Sequence record: SRR20825006_1186
Length of the DNA: 34,048 bases
Direction: 5' to 3' (one strand)
Shown: in pieces, positions 1 to 9,793 of the stretch
How the letters are laid out: every line of letters begins with the position of its first letter
Position numbering within the stretch: the stretch's first letter is position 1
The notes under the pieces: generated by a model
What the model was told of the DNA's origin: nothing
Databases searched by the model: none
What the model saw: only the letters and a program-made list of their open reading frames with translations
Translations under genes and position numbers: made by a program

Positions 1-456
1 CACGTTCAAAAGCTGCGGCAACTCATCCAGACTTGTGGCGCGAATGATGTGACCGATCCGGGTGATCCGGGGATCATTGGAAAGCTTTTGAAAGGTGGTC
101 CATTCTTCGGCCACCGCAGGGTCTTCGCGACACAGCCGCTCAAGCACCTCTTCGGCGTCCACACGCATACTGCGCAGTTTGTAGCATTTAAACACCTTAC
201 CATTCATACCCACACGTTTTTGCGCAAAAAACGCCGGGCCACCGTCGCGTTTGACCAAGAGAGCCAAAACCAAGACCACGGGCACAATAATCGGCGCCGC
301 GATCAAAAGCAGCAGCATATCAAAGATGCGTTTGCCATATTTTCGATAGAATATTCTTTTGGGTTGCGCGGTCTCCTGAGAGATGTAGCAATCCGATCTC
401 GTCGCGGTGGCTGCGAGCACGGGTGAGCTCAGAGAACTGTTTGACGTATCCAACAT
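1..456 (-). CDS. Bacterial sugar transferase (priming undecaprenyl-phosphate glycosyl-1-phosphate transferase, ExoY/WcaJ C-terminal type); 3' end runs off the window
   Basis: Not in the ORF track. Manual translation from ATG at 456: MLDTSNSS...YRKYGKRIFDMLLLLIAAPIIVPVVLVLALLVKRDGGPAFFAQKRVGMNGKVFKCYKLRSM...QKLSNDPRITRIGHIIRATSLDELPQLLNV. It carries the KRxFD, RVG..G..F...K.RSM, DPRITRIG and SLDELPQL motifs. Confidence 0.93.
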   Translation of the reverse strand, partial: MLDTSNSSLSSPVLAATATRSDCYISQETAQPKRIFYRKYGKRIFDMLLLLIAAPIIVPVVLVLALLVKRDGGPAFFAQKRVGMNGKVFKCYKLRSMRVDAEEVLERLCREDPAVAEEWTTFQKLSNDPRITRIGHIIRATSLDELPQLLNV

Positions 457-830
457 AATATTTACGGACCCTTGAACGGCGAAACGCTCGCCGCCTCGAA
501 TCCCCCCAAATGGCTGACCATTTCTTCATACATTATTAAGGACGTCATTTCCGTGAAACTTGCTAAGAATTGTTTGGGGTTCGAATTTATCCTTTAAAAA
601 CGAGCCTTTTCTGCACTTGCACAATAAGTTACGCGTATTTTTCAAGCAGACTATGAACAAAAATATTTCAAAACTACGTAAAACCTTACCCGAATCGAAA
701 GCGAAAAAAGTCAACTACAATTTGTAAACGTAACGTAACGTAAAAATGACACAACGACTTAGCCTAAGCGGATTTCGTCAACACCACATTCCTGCTTTTG
801 ACCAAGGCCACCGCCCTTCGCCGCACCGCG

Positions 831-2153
831 CTATCCAACACGACGCAAACCATCGACCCAGACCGTGGCAATATTGGCGCGCGAGATGGAATAAAGCAGC
901 TTTTCCAACACCAGATCACCGTCGTAACCGGGCCAAAGCCGGATCGTGCCCTTGGCGGCTTTCGGGTCAATGGCGATGGCATCGAACTTCATTCCCGGCT
1001 CGAAACTCCCGACCGGAAGGCCAAGCGCCTTGGCCCCGCCGCGTGTCGCCAGATAAAAAGCGGTGCGAAAATCAATCCGCGCCGCGCCCCGGCCCCGCGC
1101 CTCAGGCGCAACAGCGGCATCCACACCGCTTTCCAACATTCTAGATGCCGCAATCGCCATCCGGGCCGTTTCCCAGATCGAGGCCACAGGCCCGCCGGAC
1201 ATATCCGAACCAAGCCCGACATTGAGACCGCGTTCCAAAGCGGCGCGCAGCGGAAAGACCGCCCCTGAGAAATAGGCATTGGACAGCGGGCAATGCGCCA
1301 CCCCCGCCTGATGGGCGATCATCAGGTCCATATCAGAGCCGGAGAGATGCGTGCCGTGGGCAAAGACCGAATGCGGCACCATCAGGCCAAAGTCCGCCAG
1401 CGCCTCCGCATCAGAACGCCCCGTTCGGACACGGACATAGTCATGTTCCCAATCACTTTCCGACACATGGCTTTGCACCCGCGTGCCGGTTTTTTGCGCC
1501 AAAGCGCCAAGGCCCGAAAGACACGCATCGGTACAAGACGGCACAAAGCGCGGCGTCACCACCGGATGTACCATCCCGTCATTGCCGGGCATGGCGTTGA
1601 TATACTCAATCACCGCGCGCGTGCCCGCAATCGCGTCTTCGGCAGAGGCATCGCGATACTCAGGCGGGCATTGGTCCGGGTCATCCATCACCACTTTGCC
1701 AATCAACGCACGCTGCCCCTTGGCCAGACAAAGATCGGCCAAAAGCGTGGTAGCCGGGACATGAACGGTGGCAAAATGCAGCGCGGTGGTGGTGCCAAGC
1801 GCCAACATGTCGTCGATCAACGCACTGTAGACCGCTTTGGCAAAATCGAGATCGGAAAACCGCGCCTCAAGCGGGAAAGTGTAGGTTTGCAGCCAATCCT
1901 CAAGCGGCACGTCAAGCGCGGTGCCAAGTTGCGCGTATTGCGGCGCGTGCACATGCAGATCCACGAAACCCGGCAAGATCAACCAGCCCGTTGGCAGGAT
2001 CGTCGCCCCGGTCGGATCGCCGTCCGGCTCAAAACCAACAATGCGCCCCGAGTCATCCAATGTCAGAACGGCATCTTCAAAGGCTTCAACCACACCCAGA
2101 GTTGGCGCATGAAATCCCGAGACCAAAATCTTTTGTCCGCGCAGATCCTTCAT
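831..2153 (-). CDS. guaD: Guanine deaminase (amidohydrolase superfamily)
   Basis: Motifs PGFVDLHVHAPQY, VTPRFVPSCT, QSHVSE, HCPLSN, GLGSDMSGG. Start placed at ATG 2153 (MKDLRGQK), which overlaps the upstream stop as ATGA. Confidence 0.85.
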   Translation of the reverse strand: MKDLRGQKILVSGFHAPTLGVVEAFEDAVLTLDDSGRIVGFEPDGDPTGATILPTGWLILPGFVDLHVHAPQYAQLGTALDVPLEDWLQTYTFPLEARFSDLDFAKAVYSALIDDMLALGTTTALHFATVHVPATTLLADLCLAKGQRALIGKVVMDDPDQCPPEYRDASAEDAIAGTRAVIEYINAMPGNDGMVHPVVTPRFVPSCTDACLSGLGALAQKTGTRVQSHVSESDWEHDYVRVRTGRSDAEALADFGLMVPHSVFAHGTHLSGSDMDLMIAHQAGVAHCPLSNAYFSGAVFPLRAALERGLNVGLGSDMSGGPVASIWETARMAIAASRMLESGVDAAVAPEARGRGAARIDFRTAFYLATRGGAKALGLPVGSFEPGMKFDAIAIDPKAAKGTIRLWPGYDGDLVLEKLLYSISRANIATVWVDGLRRVG

Positions 2154-3037
2154 GCCGCAGTGACGGTAAATGTATCCGCCGGCCCCAAAGTTGTACCGTA
2201 AACACAGCCCTTTTCTTTCAACCAACGGCGATACGCGATGGAGGAGGCATCGCCGCGGGTCGGCGTTTCGAACCGCGGTTCCAACGGCAAAAGACGCGGG
2301 CGTTGGTTTTCCAAAATGATCCGGTCTTGCAGAAAGATCACCTGTTGAAACCCGATCAGATCGGCATCCGTGCTGGTCTCATCCAGCAAGAACATCACCG
2401 GATGTGCGCGACACAGGCCCGGCTCCATCGGTTGCACAAACAGGCAAATCACATCCCAACGCGTCTCGGACATCGGGCAGGTTTTATACAGCAACACGGT
2501 AAACGGCGTGGTGACACGGTAGATATAATCGGTCCGGATCGCGCCACTTGCGGATTTGGCGGCCTGTGGTTGGGTAAAAACGCAATCGGTGGCCCAGACC
2601 TCATCCACATCGCGGCGGATTTCGCATTTGTATTTCTCAACCTCGGGGTGCGCCTCAGAGCCAAGAATATCGGTATGCACAAAAGGGAAATGCGCCATAT
2701 CAAGGAAGTTTTCGATCACACGCGGGGCCGAGGACTTCACCTTCACAGCCCCACATGGAACGTAGCGGCGATCCGGTTCATCCGCCTCGGGGATATGCGG
2801 CACATCGGTGTTGGGCGCGCCCAAGGTGACCCAAAGATAGCCGTATCGTAGTCGCACGGGCAATTCCCTATCACCACAGCGCGCCACCAAAGCCTCGCCG
2901 CCCGTGATGAAAATATCCTGACCCAAAAGCCGGGTCGTCAGCCCAGAGGGCGGGATTTCGACCAGATTTTGAATGCAATACCATTGATCGAGCGTGGCGG
3001 GGTCCAGCACTGCCGACCCATCTGTCTCTGTCGTCAT
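2150..3037 (-). CDS. Rieske-oxygenase catalytic subunit lacking the Rieske [2Fe-2S] motif (NdmC-like, VanA_C fold), copy 1
   Basis: Mononuclear Fe motif ENFLDMAHFPFVH and distal IFLQDRIILENQ, plus C-terminal AYRRWL. No CxH...CxxH in the shortened N-terminus. AAGGA RBS upstream of ATG 3037. Confidence 0.85.
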   Translation of the reverse strand: MTTETDGSAVLDPATLDQWYCIQNLVEIPPSGLTTRLLGQDIFITGGEALVARCGDRELPVRLRYGYLWVTLGAPNTDVPHIPEADEPDRRYVPCGAVKVKSSAPRVIENFLDMAHFPFVHTDILGSEAHPEVEKYKCEIRRDVDEVWATDCVFTQPQAAKSASGAIRTDYIYRVTTPFTVLLYKTCPMSETRWDVICLFVQPMEPGLCRAHPVMFLLDETSTDADLIGFQQVIFLQDRIILENQRPRLLPLEPRFETPTRGDASSIAYRRWLKEKGCVYGTTLGPADTFTVTAA

Positions 3038-3061
3038 TTTATGCATCCTTCAAAATCTGGT

Positions 3062-4471
3062 TCAGGCGTAAATACGATCCATCGTTGCCGCATGATCGGC
3101 CAAAGCGGCCGCCAGGTCCAGACGCGTGAACGCACCTTGGTCAATGATCTGCACCCCATTGATGAAGGAATGATCAACCTCAAACGGACCGCACATCACA
3201 AGGGCAGCCAAAGGATCGCGCTGGGTGCCCGCAAGGCCAAGCCGCGTGCGTTTTATGGCAATGAGATCGGCGGATTTGCCGGGGGCCAGTTGCCCAATGT
3301 CGTCGCGCCCCAAAAGTTTCGCTCCCGCCCGCGTCGCCATCCAAAGCGCCTCGCGCGCCGACAGTGCCCCCGGTGTGCCGCCAAATCCGCCCCGCCCACC
3401 GGGGACCTCGGACAGGTAGCGGTCCGGCGCGACCCGTTGCAAATACTGCGCCATGCGCGCCTCCATGAACATGTTGGAGGTGTCGTTTGAGGCCGACCCG
3501 TCGACGCCCAAACCGACCGTCACGCCGGCGTCCAACATCTCGCGCGCCCGCATGATACCAAGCCCGCAGCGCATATGGGCAGAGGGACAAAACGTGGCCC
3601 CAGTGCCGGTCTCGGCAAAGGTTTTGATCTCGGCATCGTTGAGGAAAATCGCATGGGCAAACCACACATCAGGGCCAAGCCAGTCGCAGCTTTCGGCATA
3701 GGCGACCGAACGCATGCCATAGGTGGCGATGCAATATTCCTCTTCGCTCAGCACTTCGGCGATATGCGAATGCAGCCGCACACCGGGATGCATCCGTGCC
3801 AAAGCCGCCGCGTCTTTCATCAAGCCTTGGGTGACGGAAAAGGCCGAACAGGGCGCCAAAACAATCCGCGTCATCGCGTGATCTGACATGTCATGATAGC
3901 GGTGGATCAAGCGCTCGGCATCCCTCAGGATCGCCTCTTCCTCCTCCACGCAACTGTCGGGCGGCAACCCGCCTTTGCTTTCGCCCCGGCTCATCGCGCC
4001 CCGCGCCGCATGAAAGCGCAGACCCATCTCCTGGGCCACCCGAATGGGCGTGTCCAAGGTGCAATCATTGGGCATGATATATTGGTGGTCCGAGGAGGTG
4101 GTACAGCCGCTCATGATCAGTTCCGCCATGGCCATGCGCGAGGCGGTTTCCATCGCCCGATCATCAAGCTTTGCCCAAATCGGATAGAGGGTTTTGAGCC
4201 AGACGAAGAGTTCGTCATCCTGAACCATCACCCGCGTGAGGTTTTGATAGAAATGGTGATGGGTGTTGATCCTCCCCGGCATCACCACATGATCGGACAG
4301 GTCCAACACCCGATCCGCCACCACATCGACAAACTCCGACATCGGCCCGACAGCCGCAATCACATTGTCGCGGATCAATACGCCCCCATCGGTCATTTCG
4401 CGACCGACCTCGCCATAACCGTCATCAAAGGTGGCCAGATAGGAGATGTTTTTAAGGAAAGTTGTGCTCAT
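3062..4471 (-). CDS. Amidohydrolase, 8-oxoguanine deaminase/AtzB-like subfamily
   Basis: Motifs INTHHHFYQNLTR, SGCTTSSDH, GGLPPD, APCSAFSV, HSHIAE, GVDGSASND. Start ATG 4471 (MSTTFLKNI) overlaps the permease stop as ATGA. Confidence 0.85.
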   Translation of the reverse strand: MSTTFLKNISYLATFDDGYGEVGREMTDGGVLIRDNVIAAVGPMSEFVDVVADRVLDLSDHVVMPGRINTHHHFYQNLTRVMVQDDELFVWLKTLYPIWAKLDDRAMETASRMAMAELIMSGCTTSSDHQYIMPNDCTLDTPIRVAQEMGLRFHAARGAMSRGESKGGLPPDSCVEEEEAILRDAERLIHRYHDMSDHAMTRIVLAPCSAFSVTQGLMKDAAALARMHPGVRLHSHIAEVLSEEEYCIATYGMRSVAYAESCDWLGPDVWFAHAIFLNDAEIKTFAETGTGATFCPSAHMRCGLGIMRAREMLDAGVTVGLGVDGSASNDTSNMFMEARMAQYLQRVAPDRYLSEVPGGRGGFGGTPGALSAREALWMATRAGAKLLGRDDIGQLAPGKSADLIAIKRTRLGLAGTQRDPLAALVMCGPFEVDHSFINGVQIIDQGAFTRLDLAAALADHAATMDRIYA

Positions 4472-5403
4472 CTTTGATCTCGAAAATAGGGGACTGTGAG
4501 ACTGTCGGGTGCGGCCATCAGGCGACGCATCCGTTGCCATGCCAGAACAGGCACGATCATCAATGCCATGGTGCCCAGATAGGGCAACATCGAGAGGATC
4601 GAGGCGGCAATCGGCCAATTATGCGCCTGACCGACAAAGCCCAAGGCGGTGACAAAACCGAATAACAGCCCGGCCAAGACCGCGTTGATCGGGCGAAATC
4701 CGGCGAAAATCACCAAGGCGACCGCGATCCAACCGCGCCCTGCGACGACGCCCTCGGACCAGCTTGGGACAAAGACCAAGGTCAGATAGCCCCCGGCCCC
4801 TGCCGCCAAAGCCGACCCCAATGACACATACCAAAACCGCATTTTCATCACTGAAATCCCAGCGGCATCTGCCGCCGCCGGATTTTCGCCCACGGCGCGC
4901 ATGTTGAGACCATGACGGGTGTGAAAGATCAAAATATGCAGCGCCACCGGCAGCACGAGGAAGATCAGATAGACCAAAAGCGAATGGCTAAAGAACGCGC
5001 GGCCAAAAAACGGCAGATCGGACAGGATTGGGATATGGATGTCCTGAAAGGTCGCGGACACAGGCGAGCCAGAGATCGGTTTGCCCAAGGTGGCGGCCAA
5101 ACCCATCCCCATGTAGGTGAGTGCCAAGCCGCACAGCACCTGATTGGCGCGGATGATCACCGTGGCCACGGCAAAAATCATCCCCGCGATCAACCCCACG
5201 CCCATGGCGACCAAAAAGCCCAGCCATGGGTGCGGCGTGATCACCACCGTGGCCACCGCTGACATCGCGCCCAAGGCGATCAGCCCCTCGACGCCAAGGT
5301 TCACCACACCCACACGTTCGGCCAAAACCTCGCCCAAAGCCGCCAGCGCCAGAACGCCTCCGGCCAAAAAGGCGGTTTGGATCAGACCTGCAAGAATATC
5401 CAT
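4468..5403 (-). CDS. ABC transporter permease (nucleoside/purine, BPD_transp_2 type)
   Basis: Highly hydrophobic; motifs LGEVLAERVGVVNLGVEG, MRAVGENPAAADAAGI, AGRGWIAVALVIF. Confidence 0.92.
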   Translation of the reverse strand: MDILAGLIQTAFLAGGVLALAALGEVLAERVGVVNLGVEGLIALGAMSAVATVVITPHPWLGFLVAMGVGLIAGMIFAVATVIIRANQVLCGLALTYMGMGLAATLGKPISGSPVSATFQDIHIPILSDLPFFGRAFFSHSLLVYLIFLVLPVALHILIFHTRHGLNMRAVGENPAAADAAGISVMKMRFWYVSLGSALAAGAGGYLTLVFVPSWSEGVVAGRGWIAVALVIFAGFRPINAVLAGLLFGFVTALGFVGQAHNWPIAASILSMLPYLGTMALMIVPVLAWQRMRRLMAAPDSLTVPYFRDQR

Positions 5404-5404
5404 G

Positions 5405-6472
5405 TCAGCGCGCTCCCTTGGGTGTGACTTTTCCAGTCGTTGGGATCAATTTGTAGCGCGCGACCTCGTCAGCGATGGCGGCGTAAAACAGGATCAGCCC
5501 GGTGATGGCCAAAACCGTATGGGTTGTAAGCCCTTGAGATTGCAAAACGATCCCACCATTCAGGATCACCGCCATAAAAAATGCTGTGGCAATCACCCCC
5601 AAAGGGGCGGCGCGGGCCAGAACCGCGACCATGATGCCCAGATAGCCATAATTGTTGGAAATCCCGCCCTGAAGCCGCCCGACGGTGCCTGCAACCTCCA
5701 TCATGCCGCCAAGCCCGGCGATGGCGCCCGACATCAACATGACGAGGATCAGATGACGCTGTACCGGCATCCCGGCATAGGCTGCGGCACCCGGATTGGC
5801 GCCGCCGATGCGCACCTCATAGCCCCAACGCGTATAGGCAAACATCACGGCCAAACCAACCGCCAACATCAGCGCCACGGGCAAGCCCCAATGCACGATC
5901 CCCCAGACATAGGGCACCGAGACGGACAGTCGCGCGGTGGTCGCCAAAGCCATGCCCGACGGATCGAGCCAAGGGCCGGTGGCAACCCAATAGACCAACA
6001 AAAGCGCGACGAAATTCATCAACAGCGTGGTGATCAATTCGGACACATCGGCATAGGCTTTGGCCAAGGTCGGGATCAAAATCCAAAGCGCGCCACCGGC
6101 CATGCCCGCGAGCGCCATCAGCGGCACTAAGAGCCACGCGGGACCCGGCACGAACAGCGCCACGCCAGTTGCGGCAAACGCCCCAAGGTTGAATTGCCCC
6201 TCCGCCCCAATGTTCCACGCACCGATGCGCAGGCCAACCGCAACCGCGAGACCACAATAGAGCAGCGGCGAAAACAACAGGCCCAAATCCTCAAGCCCGA
6301 AACGCGACCCGAAGGTCGATGACAACACCTTGCCGCCCAGCGCGATTGGGTCTTTGCCGGACAGCGCCAACACGGCGGCGGCGGTCAAAAGCGCCAAGAT
6401 CACCGACAGCACCCGCGCGGAGAACAACACGCTTGGGGCCGCGACCGGCATACGTTGCAAACGGTAGCTCAT
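5405..6472 (-). CDS. ABC transporter permease (nucleoside/purine, BPD_transp_2 type)
   Basis: Motifs WNIGAEGQ, ELITTLLMNF, WGYEVRIGGANPGAAAYAG, GYLGIMVAVLAR. Confidence 0.92.
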   Translation of the reverse strand: MSYRLQRMPVAAPSVLFSARVLSVILALLTAAAVLALSGKDPIALGGKVLSSTFGSRFGLEDLGLLFSPLLYCGLAVAVGLRIGAWNIGAEGQFNLGAFAATGVALFVPGPAWLLVPLMALAGMAGGALWILIPTLAKAYADVSELITTLLMNFVALLLVYWVATGPWLDPSGMALATTARLSVSVPYVWGIVHWGLPVALMLAVGLAVMFAYTRWGYEVRIGGANPGAAAYAGMPVQRHLILVMLMSGAIAGLGGMMEVAGTVGRLQGGISNNYGYLGIMVAVLARAAPLGVIATAFFMAVILNGGIVLQSQGLTTHTVLAITGLILFYAAIADEVARYKLIPTTGKVTPKGAR

Positions 6473-8040
6473 GCGGCCTGTCCCTGTTGTCTTTGTCCGC
6501 CCATCATCAGGCCGATTTGTTCGATATCCGCGCCTTGGGCCGGAACCACGCCCATAATCTCGCCATGAAACATCACGGCAATCCGGTCGGCGAGGTTCAG
6601 CACTTCTTCCAACTCCTCGGAGATCAGGACAACGGCGACGCCACTGTCGCGCATCTCAACAAAATAGCGCATCATCGTGTTGATCGCGCCAACGTCCAGC
6701 CCGCGCGACGGATAGGCCGCGATCAGCACCTTATCGGCAATGCGCATTTCGCGCCGCGCGACCAGACGTTGTTGGTTGCCGCCCGACAGGTTGCGTGCAG
6801 GCATGGCGAAATCCGGCACCATCACCCCGGCAATCCTGGCAATCTCGCGCGCCAAAGCCAGCGCTCGACGCGGCGCATACCACGGCCCGTTCGAGAGTGG
6901 CGGCAGGGCGTATTCGCGCAGCACCGCATTGTCGGTGATCGACAGGGTTGGGGCCATCCCGGCATAAAGTCGATCTTCGGGAATATGACCCACGCCCTTT
7001 TGCGCAAAGACCCGCGCGCCAGCGCGTCCGATATCTTCGCCATCCAGTGTCACCGTGCCCTTGGAGGGCGCGACAAGACCACTCAGCACATAGGTCAATT
7101 CACGCTGACCATTGCCCGCAACCCCAGCGATGCCAAGGATTTCTCCGGCGCGCACAGAGAGCGAGACGTTTTTCAACACAGTGCCATACTCAGATTTCAG
7201 CGTGACGCCTTCAAGTGTTACCATCGGCGCGCCAATCTTGCGCGCGCCGCCATCGCCACGCATGTCGTTGAGCACGATTTCGCGCCCGACCATCAATTGT
7301 GCCAAGGATGTCTCCGAACAGTCCGAGGTCCATTCGGTCGCGATCTTGCGGCCCGCGCGCAAAATGCTCACCCGGTTGGAAATCTCCATCACCTCGTCGA
7401 GTTTATGCGAGATGAAAATCACCGCGTTTCCCCGCGCCACAAAGGCCCTGAGCGCCGCAAACAGGTCGCGTGCCTCCGAGGGGGTCAAAACGGCGGTGGG
7501 CTCATCAAGGATCAGAACTTTGGCGTCACGCGCCAACACCCGCAGGATTTCGACCCGCTGCTGTTCGCCCGTTGACAGATCGGCCACAATCGCCCCCGGC
7601 TTGACCGCAAGGCCAAGCGTGTCGGCTAAATTCATGGTCCGCTCTTCCAGCGCCTTGCGCGAAATCCGCGCCGGGGTGGCATCCCAACCCAAGTGGATGT
7701 TTTCGGCCACGGTGAAGGCTTTGACCAATTTGAAATGCTGATGCACCATGCCAATCCCGGCGGCTATGGCATCAATTGGCGAGGCAAAGCGGCGACTTTC
7801 CCCGTCCATGATGATCTCGCCTGCATCCATGTGATAGATGCCGGTCAATACATTCATCAGCGTCGATTTCCCGGCGCCGTTTTCGCCCAAAAGCGCGTGA
7901 ATCTCGCCGGGATAGACCGCAAGATCCACGTCCTCATTGGCGATCACGCCGGGGAAATATTTCGACACGCCTTTGAGGGCGACCAAAGGCGGCGTCCCGG
8001 GCGCAAGCCCGAGACGCTGTTGGATCGAATCCTCGTGCAT
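6469..8040 (-). CDS. ABC transporter ATP-binding protein with two NBDs (CUT2/nucleoside type)
   Basis: Walker A GENGAGKST, signature LSTGEQQ, Walker B LILDEPT; second domain LSGGNQQ and PSRGLDVG. Start is ATG 8040 or GTG 8043. Confidence 0.93.
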   Translation of the reverse strand: MHEDSIQQRLGLAPGTPPLVALKGVSKYFPGVIANEDVDLAVYPGEIHALLGENGAGKSTLMNVLTGIYHMDAGEIIMDGESRRFASPIDAIAAGIGMVHQHFKLVKAFTVAENIHLGWDATPARISRKALEERTMNLADTLGLAVKPGAIVADLSTGEQQRVEILRVLARDAKVLILDEPTAVLTPSEARDLFAALRAFVARGNAVIFISHKLDEVMEISNRVSILRAGRKIATEWTSDCSETSLAQLMVGREIVLNDMRGDGGARKIGAPMVTLEGVTLKSEYGTVLKNVSLSVRAGEILGIAGVAGNGQRELTYVLSGLVAPSKGTVTLDGEDIGRAGARVFAQKGVGHIPEDRLYAGMAPTLSITDNAVLREYALPPLSNGPWYAPRRALALAREIARIAGVMVPDFAMPARNLSGGNQQRLVARREMRIADKVLIAAYPSRGLDVGAINTMMRYFVEMRDSGVAVVLISEELEEVLNLADRIAVMFHGEIMGVVPAQGADIEQIGLMMGGQRQQGQAA

Positions 8041-8043
8041 CAC

Positions 8044-9168
8044 TCAGTTGTCCAGACCGGAGACCCCTTCGATCGACCAGTTCCAATGGTAAAGCTCTTC
8101 CTCCGTCATGGTCTGGCCTGCGGCGACTTTGATCGTGCCTTTGGAGTCTTTGATCTCGCCCATGAACGGGTTGAACGACCCATCCAGGATCGTGGCCTTG
8201 ACCGCATCCGCCTTGGCCGCGACATCGGCGGGCACGCTGTCGCCCCAAGCATCGACGTCCACGCCGGCCCCAAAGGGCAAGAGGTCATAGGTCGGCGTCC
8301 ATTCGCCCGCCAAACGGCGACGCACTTGTTCAACGTACCATGGACCGAAATCGACCATGATCGAAGAGATGTAGGCATTGGGACCATAGCGACGCAGATC
8401 GGTGTTCCACATCACGGCCTTGGCACCCCGTTCTTCGGCCACCTGAAGGTAACCGGCCTCATCCATGATCCCAAACAGCACATCACAGCCTGCATCAATC
8501 AGCGCCACTCCGGCTTGGGTCGCGGCCTGCGGGTCGAACCAACTGTTGATGACGATGGATTGTAGCGTGGCCTCCGGGTTGATCGTGCGCGCCCCCATGA
8601 GGAACGCGTTTGTGCCGGAATAGACCGAGGGCACAGGGAAAGAGGCAACATAGCCGAGTTTTCCGGTGGTCGACATCGCCCCCGCCGCGATCCCGGCGAC
8701 ATAGGACGGATACCAATGGGCGACGTAATAAGTGCCCAAATTGTCCATCGGATTGCGGCCATCGCATTCGTAAAACGCCACCTCGGGGGCACGTTTGGCA
8801 ACGTCGTACAAGAAATCACCATAGTTCGAGGTGGCGAAGACCATGCAGGCATCATCGGCGACGAATTGACGGAAAATCCGGGTGGCATCGGCCGAATAGG
8901 GGATCGACTCGACATAGGAGGTGCGCAGCGCCGGGAAGGCGGCTTCGACTGCCTTCATCCCTTGGTCATGCGCCCAGGTCCAGCCTTCGTCCGACGTTGG
9001 CCCAGTGTGACCAAAGGCGATATGCGCGTCAGCTTCGACCACGGGTGCCAAAGGGCCCGCCGCATTGGCAGGTCTGATCACCCCGGTTTTGGGCAGGATC
9101 AAACTGGCCCCGGCAGCGGCACCCATATTGAGAAACCCACGGCGGGACAGGGATTTGGTAGAAATCAT
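8044..9168 (-). CDS. BMP-family ABC substrate-binding protein (purine/nucleoside type), Tat-exported
   Basis: Tat motif SRRGFL; BMP motifs GPTSDEGWTWAHDQG, GKLGYVASFPVPSV, NAFLMGARTINP, NSWFDP. AAGAGG RBS before ATG 9168. Confidence 0.9.
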   Translation of the reverse strand: MISTKSLSRRGFLNMGAAAGASLILPKTGVIRPANAAGPLAPVVEADAHIAFGHTGPTSDEGWTWAHDQGMKAVEAAFPALRTSYVESIPYSADATRIFRQFVADDACMVFATSNYGDFLYDVAKRAPEVAFYECDGRNPMDNLGTYYVAHWYPSYVAGIAAGAMSTTGKLGYVASFPVPSVYSGTNAFLMGARTINPEATLQSIVINSWFDPQAATQAGVALIDAGCDVLFGIMDEAGYLQVAEERGAKAVMWNTDLRRYGPNAYISSIMVDFGPWYVEQVRRRLAGEWTPTYDLLPFGAGVDVDAWGDSVPADVAAKADAVKATILDGSFNPFMGEIKDSKGTIKVAAGQTMTEEELYHWNWSIEGVSGLDN

Positions 9169-9354
9169 CGAAGAGGTCCTCTTGGCTGTTTGAACGCTTT
9201 TGACATGTCCCATCCGGCCTTGGCCGGGGACGCGCTATGAAAGGTGCGCGGCGCTTCGCCCTCTGCGGGGAGATAGCGCCAGGACCGCCTTGCGCCCGGA
9301 CGATCCGTCGCCAAGGTCACGAATGTGGGGCGGCCACGTCGCATGTGCAGGACC

Positions 9355-9426
9355 ACGTTTCCAGAGTGCTGTGACCGTGAATAGCCGTAAAATTTCGATA
9401 CAGATGTTGCGTTTAGAACAACACTT
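9355..9426 (-). promoter_or_regulatory. Putative LysR-activated promoter of the transporter operon (TGTT-N11-AACA box at 9405-9423)
   Basis: Dyad TGTT-N11-AACA fits the LysR T-N11-A rule. The 72-nt segment aligns without gaps to 11997-12068 (39/72 identical by hand count). Confidence 0.7.
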
Positions 9427-9529
9427 GACGGTCCAGATTTTCCACGCCTAACTGCCGCGAACACCTCGGAAAAAATCGCCGTTTTTCCTATAAAAAAGGG
9501 GTTTTCTCGAATGATGAAAGCACAGAGAC

Positions 9530-9793
9530 ATGCAGATTGACCACGTGACATTCACCTTTACGGGACAGATTCCACGCGAGAGTTTTGCCAAGTTTGCGCA
9601 ACACCGTGCCTCAAGATTGTCCATCACCCTCACAACTGTGATGCAAAATGATGCAGTTGCGAAATTGCAGGTGATTGGTCAGCGCGATTTGGTGGATGCG
9701 TTTGAAATGGCGCTCAGCCTCGGGCCACAGGATTGCATCGTCCACAAGGTCACACGACAGGCAGACAACCCCGCCAAAGGAGAAGAGACATGA
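9530..9793 (+). CDS. Small acylphosphatase-fold protein, catalytic motif degenerate
   Basis: 87 aa with the acylphosphatase pattern (G.....F..F....A..L.I...; V.G....V..F...L..GP....V..V), but GQIPRESFAK replaces the usual GxVQGVGFR. Stop overlaps the Rieske start (ATGA at 9790). Confidence 0.65.
   Translation: MQIDHVTFTFTGQIPRESFAKFAQHRASRLSITLTTVMQNDAVAKLQVIGQRDLVDAFEMALSLGPQDCIVHKVTRQADNPAKGEET

Noticed and set aside
2154-2225. Upstream ORF-track extensions (guaD to 2225, 4618, 9213, 9733, 11009, 14563, 20421, 23333)
   Set aside because: They overlap neighbouring genes or lack an RBS; downstream ATGs with an RBS or ATGA coupling fit better.
2150-3037. Rieske-less oxygenases as pseudogenes
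   Set aside because: Both copies have intact frames, RBSs, coupled stops/starts, conserved iron ligands and the same deletion, and a complementary Rieske gene is present.
9191-9199. AAGCGUUCA on the minus strand, reminiscent of the NMT1/xanthine-I riboswitch core
   Set aside because: I could not find the matching 3' conserved strand or the enclosing stems, and a 9-nt match alone is insufficient.
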